Below are positions 8,870 to 14,695 of a stretch of DNA of 20,000 bases, one piece after another. Positions within the stretch are counted from its first letter, which is position 1. Each line of letters starts with the position of its first letter. This stretch comes from an uncultured virus (IMG/VR IMGVR_UViG_2882234885_000004) (lineage: Duplodnaviria; Heunggongvirae; Uroviricota; Caudoviricetes). The DNA lies in the IMG/VR virus record IMGVR_UViG_2882234885_000004; one strand, given 5' to 3'. Made by a program: the position numbers and the translations under genes. Under the pieces are notes generated by a model that was not told the origin of the DNA, did no database searches, and saw only the letters and a list, made by a program, of their open reading frames with translations.

Positions 8870-8896
8870 GCTTATTTATGCGAAAAATGGTACAAT
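8868..8896 (+). promoter_or_regulatory. sigmaA-type promoter lacking the conserved leader box
   Basis: TTGCTT 8868-8873, 17 bp, TG-G-TACAAT 8888-8896. Confidence 0.7.
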
Positions 8897-8928
8897 ACTT
8901 ACACAAAACACCATGAGGAGAGGATTCT

Positions 8929-9756
8929 ATGAGCAGTCTCGGCCATTCGGCCTTTCATGCCGGGATAAGCGGCCTGCGTGCCCGCTCGGCGCTGACCAGC
9001 GCATACCAGCAGGGCGACGTGAAAAAGGTAAAGCGGTTCTTCAAAACAGTGGATATTGGGGGCAAGGTTGGCGGCCTCTTTATGGCTCTCATCCTTGTGG
9101 CGCTCTCCATATCTATGTTTATGACGGCATTCAGCAGTCAGACTGATGGCAGCCGCACCGCGCCTTCTATCCCCGCAGAGGCCGGTGCATTGCCGGTCAC
9201 GGCAGTATACGACGATACAGGCTTCGTGGCGGATTATCATATTGAGCATCTGCCAGACTCCTTTGAACATATCGCGGATGACTACCACATCCAGACCGCT
9301 GTCTATTCTTCTTCCGCCCCGGCACACGACGTTTACGATTCCATTTTCACAGATGAGAATGGCGTTGTCCTCTACATTGAGGAGCACGAGGACTATGGAA
9401 CGCTGACCTATTACTGGGGCGACAATCTGGACAGTATCTTCACAGCAGAGAATATCGAGATTCTGGACTCAGCTCAGACCTACTTGGACGCCCGCACGCA
9501 TGACCGGGCAAGCAACGTGGTGTCTGACTTCAGAACAGGATTGAACCAGCTTTTTAACGGTCCTGAACACAAATCTTTATCCGCTCCGTTCGAGTTCGCC
9601 ACAGCGATTTTCTGGCTCCTGATGGCCCCAGTCTTCTATCTACTGGTCAATTTCCTAATCTGTGGTTTAGTCGGAGTGCCGTTCTCAAAGAAGAAGCGCA
9701 AAGCATTCCTAGACCGGCTGGTCTCCAGCATGGAGCAGAATCCAGCTCCTACCTAA
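8929..9756 (+). CDS. membrane protein with two TM segments flanking a TPM-like extracytoplasmic domain
   Basis: Hydrophobic stretches 'GLFMALILVALSISMFMTAF' and 'AIFWLLMAPVFYLLVNFLICGLVGV'. The region between them ('VYDDTGFV...IQTAVY...ENGVVLYI...YYWGDNLDSIF') resembles TPM-like domains. Confidence 0.7.
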   Translation: MSSLGHSAFHAGISGLRARSALTSAYQQGDVKKVKRFFKTVDIGGKVGGLFMALILVALSISMFMTAFSSQTDGSRTAPSIPAEAGALPVTAVYDDTGFVADYHIEHLPDSFEHIADDYHIQTAVYSSSAPAHDVYDSIFTDENGVVLYIEEHEDYGTLTYYWGDNLDSIFTAENIEILDSAQTYLDARTHDRASNVVSDFRTGLNQLFNGPEHKSLSAPFEFATAIFWLLMAPVFYLLVNFLICGLVGVPFSKKKRKAFLDRLVSSMEQNPAPT

Positions 9757-9757
9757 T

Positions 9758-9912
9758 TTGACCATCTACCATGCAGATGGTACAATAATAGTATCAATCA
9801 AGGGAGTATCTACTACAATCATCATATTATTTCAAGGCAGCAATCTCGTTACTGAGGTTGCTGTCTTTTTCAATATATACACAAACGATTTATCAAAGGA
9901 GGTTTTTGTACG
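9758..9912 (+). promoter_or_regulatory. conserved operon leader copy 3
   Basis: TTGACC 9758-9763, 17 bp, TG-G-TACAAT 9778-9786, CAAGGGAGTAT 9799-9809, TTCAAG 9831-9836, hairpin 9834-9867, T-tract, ATATATACACAAAC, RBS AAAGGAGG, ATG 9913. Confidence 0.85.
9834..9870 (+). terminator. intrinsic terminator-like hairpin within leader 3
   Basis: aaggcagcaatctc / gaggttgctgtctt stem followed by TTTTT. Confidence 0.75.
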
Positions 9913-11436
9913 ATGCAAAACAGTACCAGCAACGACAAGCAAATCAAAAAGAGCCGCCGGGGACTGACATTCAGCTTTCCGTCGGCAGGACGTCTTTCCG
10001 TGGGAAGTCACTATGACTATGTAATCGAGAAGGCGTCGAGAAGCATCCGCATCGTCCCTGCAGAGGCCGGACAGTACAAAATTTCTCGAAAGAAGAACGG
10101 GAAGATATGGAGTTCCCTGGTAGACCTCAGAAATAAGGAGATTTTGGATGCGGTCGCTGAGATGGAGCAGCTTTATGTTCACATCAGCGATGACCAAATC
10201 ATCGTCTCCGATGGAAAGGTACACACAGGAGCCGTATCCAAGAAGACAAGTCCCATTATCGTGTTCCAGCGTGCGGACCTGGCAAGGCTTCGCATGGCGG
10301 CTGGCCTAGATGATATTTCGGCTGCAGGGCGGATTCTGGAGTACACACAAATCAGCCTGGATGAATACCTGGCTGAGTCTCAGGACCCGCTATCGGTCTC
10401 TACTGTCCAAAAGGACATCGCCGATATCTACACGGTCGTCTCACTGTTCAGCGGCGCAGGCATCCTGGATTGGCCATTTGCACAGGACCCGAAGTTCTCT
10501 ATCCGCTACGCCATCGACTATGACGCTGCGGCCTGCGAGACATACCGGAAAAACATCGGGATGCACATTGTCCATGGGGACATCCACAAGGCTTTCACCC
10601 AAGCAGGGTATCCTCTGGATGAAACGGTCTCTGACCCAGACATCATCATCGGCGGCCCGTCCTGTAAGCCATTCTCGAATGCCAACCGCCATACCAGGCT
10701 GGACGACCACCCGGACAGCGACCTCATCGTGCAGTACATGCGCATTGTCAAAACCTTGAAACCCAAGGTATTTGCCATGGAGAATGTGCCCGAGGTGCTG
10801 ACTGCCTGCGGCGGTGCGTATTTTGACGCCATCAAGGAGACCGTCAAGGAGTGTGGATATGAGTTGGGCGCTAATATCGTCCAGGACTCCAAAGTCGGCG
10901 GTTACACGACCCGGAAGCGTGCCGTTATCCTTGGCAGCCGGATTGGAGCAGTCTCATTTCCTCCGTTGGAACTGACTTCTGGTATTCACACTGCGGGGGA
11001 GGCTCTCGGGAAGGTGACGCCGGAGTGGAGCAACTACTCTGATGTGACGCTCCCTGGAGCGGATACGAAGAAACGGATGTCCTTCGTCCCGCAGGGAGGG
11101 AACTACCAGGATATCCCGGAGGAGTATCGGACGAACAGCAAGAACCGCCACTCCTGCACCTACCGCCGCCTGGCCTGGAATGAGCCGTCTCCGACGATTG
11201 TCAACTGGCGGAAACCGCCGCTGATTCATCCTCTGGAGGACCGGACTCTGACTGTGGCCGAAGCAAAAGCTCTCCAGGGCCTGCCGGGCGATTTTCGCAT
11301 CTGCGGTACTCTTGGGCAGAAACAGCAGCAGGTAGGGAACTCCGTGCCTGTCGCACTCGGCCGGTATATCAAGAACGCGGTGTTAGCCCTGCTGCAGAAG
11401 GCGACACAGCATCAGCCGTGCGCTTCTATGGCCTAA
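9913..11436 (+). CDS. dcm: DNA (cytosine-5)-methyltransferase with ~170-aa N-terminal extension, orphan
   Basis: Motif I VVSLFSGAG, motif IV GGPSCKPFS, motif VI MENV, motif VIII TTRKRA, motifs IX-X RTLTVAEAKALQGLP...QQVGNSVP. Confidence 0.92.
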   Translation: MQNSTSNDKQIKKSRRGLTFSFPSAGRLSVGSHYDYVIEKASRSIRIVPAEAGQYKISRKKNGKIWSSLVDLRNKEILDAVAEMEQLYVHISDDQIIVSDGKVHTGAVSKKTSPIIVFQRADLARLRMAAGLDDISAAGRILEYTQISLDEYLAESQDPLSVSTVQKDIADIYTVVSLFSGAGILDWPFAQDPKFSIRYAIDYDAAACETYRKNIGMHIVHGDIHKAFTQAGYPLDETVSDPDIIIGGPSCKPFSNANRHTRLDDHPDSDLIVQYMRIVKTLKPKVFAMENVPEVLTACGGAYFDAIKETVKECGYELGANIVQDSKVGGYTTRKRAVILGSRIGAVSFPPLELTSGIHTAGEALGKVTPEWSNYSDVTLPGADTKKRMSFVPQGGNYQDIPEEYRTNSKNRHSCTYRRLAWNEPSPTIVNWRKPPLIHPLEDRTLTVAEAKALQGLPGDFRICGTLGQKQQQVGNSVPVALGRYIKNAVLALLQKATQHQPCASMA

Positions 11437-11454
11437 TACACGGAGGTGAGAGGT

Positions 11455-11811
11455 ATGGAGACAGATATTGGAGAAATCCCCATTCACTACTTTTTGTCAA
11501 CTTACGAGTTGGTCAAGAAGTCTGTTCCAGCGAGCTTCGTGCTCACGATGCTTAATGGCGGCTATCTGACCTTTCTCGGTGATGCGGAGATAGTCAGCCA
11601 GATTCTGCAGATTCCACTATACGCCCAGGAAGTGCTCAATCACAGCAAGCCTGTGCCATACTGCTTTATCCCCATGGATGGATTCGGTGAAAACCTAGAC
11701 ACCATCATGGATGTGCAGGGGAGTGGTGTTGTTCTTGCTGACAAAAATCCGGGAGTTGGAATTGAGACATTTGCAATTTTGCCCGCACAGATACAACTCT
11801 CACTATTCTGA
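11455..11811 (+). CDS. stand-alone MutS domain I-like protein
   Basis: GGAGG RBS at 11442-11446. 'YELVKKSVPASFVLTMLNGGYLTFLGDAEIVSQILQIPL...PVPYCFIP...NLDTI...G.GVVLAD' aligns by eye with MutS_I (Y..IK..HPD.ILF.R.GDFYE.F..DA...S..L.I.L...P.PM.G.P...L..L...G..VA..EQ). Confidence 0.6.
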   Translation: METDIGEIPIHYFLSTYELVKKSVPASFVLTMLNGGYLTFLGDAEIVSQILQIPLYAQEVLNHSKPVPYCFIPMDGFGENLDTIMDVQGSGVVLADKNPGVGIETFAILPAQIQLSLF

Positions 11812-11848
11812 TAAACTTATTCTGCGAGTAAAAAAGGAGACGTTTCAA

Positions 11849-12010
11849 ATGAAATTCGTTGATGCAAAAAAACTTCATGATGAAGATGAGGTAATTGTCA
11901 AAAAGACCGGCTGCGTGCTCCATGTGTTGGGGGACGTCGAGGTCGACGGGAAGGATGTGTTTATCCCGTGCGATGACGGAAAACTGTATCATCACACTGC
12001 CGTCAAATAA
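11849..12010 (+). CDS. small hypothetical protein (53 aa)
   Basis: AAAGGAG RBS and ATG 11849 (MKFVDAKKLHDEDEVIVKKTG...). This is the 3' part of track ORF 11711..12010. Confidence 0.7.
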   Translation: MKFVDAKKLHDEDEVIVKKTGCVLHVLGDVEVDGKDVFIPCDDGKLYHHTAVK

Positions 12011-12016
12011 GTCCGT

Positions 12017-12053
12017 CAGGTCCCGCACAGATATATTTTCTGTGCGGGGCCTG
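12017..12053. terminator. strong stem-loop at the end of the methyltransferase operon (no clear U-tract)
   Basis: caggtcccgcacaga-tatattt-tctgtgcggggcctg. Confidence 0.55.
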
Positions 12054-12078
12054 GTTCAAAATGTAGACTTGCCTGGGA

Positions 12079-12107
12079 TTGACCGGGACAAAAAGGTATA
12101 GTACAAT
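12079..12107 (+). promoter_or_regulatory. sigmaA-type promoter of the HipA-like gene
   Basis: TTGACC 12079-12084, 17 bp, TACAAT 12102-12107; GGGAGG RBS before ATG 12134. Confidence 0.7.
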
Positions 12108-12133
12108 AGCACAGACAGAAGGGAGGGAACCTT

Positions 12134-13183
12134 ATGCTGACTGGACTTATCATGAGCGGGGACACACCCGTCGCCAGATTTTCTGGCCGGGCAGTCACCC
12201 CCATTTTGCCGAGCAGGGCTCCCCTATGTTTCCGTAATGGGGGAGACCTGGAGGCGTGGCTTGAAATGCGGGCCATCGACCGCCATCGGACGAATAGCCG
12301 CATTTTGAAGCGCGTGCTTCGGCTCGGCGACACCTCAGACCTGAACACGGTCCTCCGTGTCCATGGCGCGACGATTACCGACAACTACTGGGTGAAGACG
12401 GATGATGAGCAAGACCTATGCTGTGAAAAGGTCCGCTTTTCCCAGAACTACTTCGCGGACGTGGCTCTGCACGGCTCCTTTGACAGCTTCTCCAAGCAGT
12501 ATACACCTGAGCAGCTCCGCACCCCAACGCCGGAACTGACCAACATCGGCAGTTACGAAAAGTGCTGGCGGCTGATAGATGGGGAGTGGGTTATGCTCAA
12601 GCAAGGCTCCATTTGTGAAATCTACTCTGAGGTGTTCACCGCCAAACTTGGAAAGCGCCTTGGCTTCCGAATGGCGGATTACCAGGTCATCGACGGCTGC
12701 GCCGCAACGACAGATTTCACGGAGGGCAGGCTCAACTTCGAACCCATGGCCTACCTCACAGGGGAAAACGAGGAGTACGCAGACAACTACCATGCATTGA
12801 AGCAGCTTCAACCCGGCCTGGAGCGGGAGTACCTGGACATCCTCTTCATGGATGCCCTGGTCTTCAACGTGGACCGGCATACGCAGAACTTCGGCATTCT
12901 GCGAAACGGGGAAACTGGAGACATCCTCTCCATGGCCCCAAACTTCGATAACAACATGGCGCTCATTTCCAGGGGCTATGCGGAGGACCCGGAAAGAACA
13001 GCAAATATGCTGGTCGACATGTTCCGCGACCTCATCTACGATGAGGGTGTCTTCTATAAGGCCCCGAATCTGGATGAGCAGACGGTGCGTGACATTGCTG
13101 TCAGCACCATGCCAGGGGCAGATGTGGACCGGGAGTATGTGGTAAAGCTGGTCATGGCCAACTATGCCAAGCTCCTCAAGTAG
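12134..13183 (+). CDS. HipA-like (HipA C-terminal domain / CtkA-like) Ser/Thr kinase
   Basis: Glycine-loop region 'TNIGSYEKCW', 'YSEV', catalytic 'DALVFNVDRHTQNFG' and Mg-binding 'MAPNFDN'. Confidence 0.85.
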   Translation: MLTGLIMSGDTPVARFSGRAVTPILPSRAPLCFRNGGDLEAWLEMRAIDRHRTNSRILKRVLRLGDTSDLNTVLRVHGATITDNYWVKTDDEQDLCCEKVRFSQNYFADVALHGSFDSFSKQYTPEQLRTPTPELTNIGSYEKCWRLIDGEWVMLKQGSICEIYSEVFTAKLGKRLGFRMADYQVIDGCAATTDFTEGRLNFEPMAYLTGENEEYADNYHALKQLQPGLEREYLDILFMDALVFNVDRHTQNFGILRNGETGDILSMAPNFDNNMALISRGYAEDPERTANMLVDMFRDLIYDEGVFYKAPNLDEQTVRDIAVSTMPGADVDREYVVKLVMANYAKLLK

Positions 13184-13186
13184 TAA

Positions 13187-13218
13187 GCGCCTAAGTGCTT
13201 AAGCGCTAGAGTGCTTCA
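13187..13218. repeat. array B of 8-bp tandem repeats
   Basis: gcgcctaa gtgcttaa gcgctaga gtgcttca. Confidence 0.7.
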
Positions 13219-13231
13219 TTTGACTCAGACA

Positions 13232-13264
13232 AACAGGGCTCACTCCTTCGGAGTGGGTCTTGTT
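13232..13264 (+). terminator. stem-loop, likely the terminator of the HipA-like gene
   Basis: aacagggctcactc-cttcg-gagtgggtcttgtt. Confidence 0.65.
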
Positions 13265-13269
13265 CTAAT

Positions 13270-13400
13270 TTGACGACAATTTTTGGGCGTGGTACAATAA
13301 TTTTATCAGACAAGGAAGTATGTTTATCACATCACGGCATAGAAAAAATCCAAGACCACAGACTCTAAAGGTGAGTTTGTGGCCTTTTTTCATATAAAAT
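13270..13400 (+). promoter_or_regulatory. conserved operon leader copy 4 (most divergent copy)
   Basis: TTGACG 13270-13275, 17 bp, TG-G-TACAAT 13290-13298, CAAGGAAGTAT 13311-13321, TCCAAG 13349-13354, hairpin 13352-13386, TTTTTT, CATATA. Confidence 0.8.
13352..13390 (+). terminator. intrinsic terminator-like hairpin within leader 4
   Basis: aagaccacagactc / gagtttgtggcctt stem followed by T6. Confidence 0.7.
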
Positions 13401-13489
13401 AGCGGCTTGCTACCGTATCGATGCAAGGACCTGTCAGGAAGACGAGTATTATTATTTTCTAAAGCAACATTGAGAATGGAGGAAATACC

Positions 13490-13798
13490 ATGAAAAACAC
13501 CACAAATAACCAAGAGAAAAAGGTTTTCAATCTGCAGGACGCCATCAATAATTTGCTGGCGGAGGACGATGCCAGTATACTGGCGGAAATCCCGGCAGTC
13601 TTTGTTGATGAGGCATGGGGCGATGACGAGTCCTATGAAAGCAAGGGCCGCGCCATGCTGGAGGCATATCTGAAGGGCGACGTTGACGGCTTCTGTATTG
13701 CCCTGACTGGATGGTCCTTTGAAAACATCCTGAAAAGAGCAGGTGCCATCGAGGACTACGACCAGACGTTCCATCAGAAGGGCAGGGGGGAGAAATGA
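13490..13798 (+). CDS. hypothetical acidic protein (102 aa)
   Basis: GGAGG RBS; first gene after leader 4. Confidence 0.75.
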   Translation: MKNTTNNQEKKVFNLQDAINNLLAEDDASILAEIPAVFVDEAWGDDESYESKGRAMLEAYLKGDVDGFCIALTGWSFENILKRAGAIEDYDQTFHQKGRGEK

Positions 13799-13986
13799 CA
13801 TCATTTTCTCGTTTCCAGGAAATCGTTCGTGCCATGGGCGGCCAATGGGCTGGCCCTCATGTGGTATTCACTCGGACACAGAGCGAATACCACGCTGCCT
13901 GTAACGGCGAATGGATACACCTGCTTGCTCCTGGCGGATACTGGTCCGCAAAAGGGGTGGACGCGGAGCGCCGGATGACTTGGTGA
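13795..13986 (+). CDS. small hypothetical protein (63 aa)
   Basis: ATGA overlap with the previous gene and a G-rich RBS. Confidence 0.6.
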   Translation: MTSFSRFQEIVRAMGGQWAGPHVVFTRTQSEYHAACNGEWIHLLAPGGYWSAKGVDAERRMTW

Positions 13987-14196
13987 TTGAAAAAGGGGAA
14001 TGGATTGCTCGTGAAAACCAACTGGAAAGAGAAGTCAAAAGCCATGGTTCAAGAGTACATCGCCGTCTGTCAGCAAGAATGCTACGACGACGCGCAGATT
14101 ATCGACGTACTGGCTGAAATCTTCACCCGGGAGGAGCTGGAATCCCTCGGCTATGGTGATTTCGTCAGAGACTACTTTAACGACGCAGAAGGCTGA
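13987..14196 (+). CDS. small acidic hypothetical protein (~61-69 aa)
   Basis: Last gene before a strong terminator. The start could instead be TTG 14005 or GTG 14011, after AAGGGG. Confidence 0.65.
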   Translation: MKKGNGLLVKTNWKEKSKAMVQEYIAVCQQECYDDAQIIDVLAEIFTREELESLGYGDFVRDYFNDAEG

Positions 14197-14204
14197 TAAA
14201 GCCT

Positions 14205-14245
14205 GCCCCGCACTTTCTCAGATAGAGAGAGTGCGGGGCTTTTTT
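14205..14245 (+). terminator. intrinsic terminator
   Basis: gccccgcactttctc-agata-gagagagtgcggggc followed by TTTTTT. Confidence 0.9.
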
Positions 14246-14260
14246 ATTTTTAAACAGCAG

Positions 14261-14300
14261 GCGCTAAAGCACCTAAGCACTTAATATCTTAGGTGCTCAC
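14261..14300. repeat. array C of 8-bp tandem repeats
   Basis: gcgctaaa gcacctaa gcacttaa tatcttag gtgctcac. Confidence 0.7.
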
Positions 14301-14338
14301 ATAGGAGCCCCCTGCACTTGTCCCCTCAAGGGCTAAAT

Positions 14339-14503
14339 TTGACTCATAAATTTCTGCATGGTAAGATATTCCCATCAAACAAGGGAGTATAAACGAGAAC
14401 AAAACCCATATTCCACGATGATTCAAGTAGCTTGTATCTGCTTTGCAGGTGCTGGCTGCTTTTTTATATATACCAAATCAAAAATTGAAGGAGGAGATGC
14501 CGT
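14339..14503 (+). promoter_or_regulatory. conserved operon leader copy 5
   Basis: TTGACT 14339-14344, 17 bp, TG-G-TAAGAT 14359-14367, CAAGGGAGTAT 14380-14390, TTCAAG 14422-14427, hairpin 14425-14461, T-tract, ATATATACCAAA, RBS AAGGAGG, ATG 14504. Confidence 0.85.
14425..14465 (+). terminator. intrinsic terminator-like hairpin within leader 5
   Basis: aagtagcttgtatctgc-ttt-gcaggtgctggctgctt followed by T6. Confidence 0.7.
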
Positions 14504-14659
14504 ATGGCTCGAAAGAAGCCTATGAAAACCGTCCCGACCCAGTTCGAGCTGATGCGGAAGATGCGCGGTTCTTGGAATGGACTGAATCCGGTAACACGGG
14601 TCATTCCAAACAAGAAGGCGTACACCCGCAAAGTCAAGCACAAGGGTCGGGACGAATGA
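14504..14659 (+). CDS. small basic protein (51 aa), ArfA/BrfA-like putative ribosome rescue factor
   Basis: Not in the ORF track. AAGGAGG RBS at 14488-14494. Translated by hand as MARKKPMKTVPTQFELMRKMRGSWNGLNPVTRVIPNKKAYTRKVKHKGRDE, whose C-terminal R..NKK.Y.RK.KH pattern resembles ArfA and BrfA. Confidence 0.65.
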   Translation: MARKKPMKTVPTQFELMRKMRGSWNGLNPVTRVIPNKKAYTRKVKHKGRDE

Positions 14660-14695
14660 CCCTGTTATACACAGACGTTTAAGGAGGAGTAACTG

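Noticed and set aside
9758..9967. 69-aa ORF spanning leader 3
   Set aside because: It begins at the -35 box TTG and runs through the promoter and terminator; no RBS.
9913..12010. Complete type II restriction-modification system or dcm-vsr pair
   Set aside because: Neither downstream ORF shows PD-(D/E)xK, HNH or Vsr (FxHGCFWH) motifs.
11849..12010. 53-aa ORF as the HipB-like antitoxin of the kinase
   Set aside because: It has no HTH character and is separated from the kinase by a strong hairpin and an independent promoter.
13319..13396. Leader peptide starting at the ATG formed by the box in copy 4 (AAGGAAGTATG)
   Set aside because: The spacing from the SD-like sequence is too short, and the other four copies have no ATG at that position, so ribosome-mediated attenuation via a conserved peptide is unsupported.
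4026..14427. CRISPR array interpretation of the constant-variable-constant leader pattern
   Set aside because: The copies are kilobases apart, the constant parts are only 11 and 6 nt, each copy has its own promoter, and no cas gene is present in the window.
14443..14682. 79-aa ORF from the track
   Set aside because: It starts inside the leader-5 hairpin without an RBS; the overlapping frame 14504..14659 has a strong RBS and a recognisable motif.
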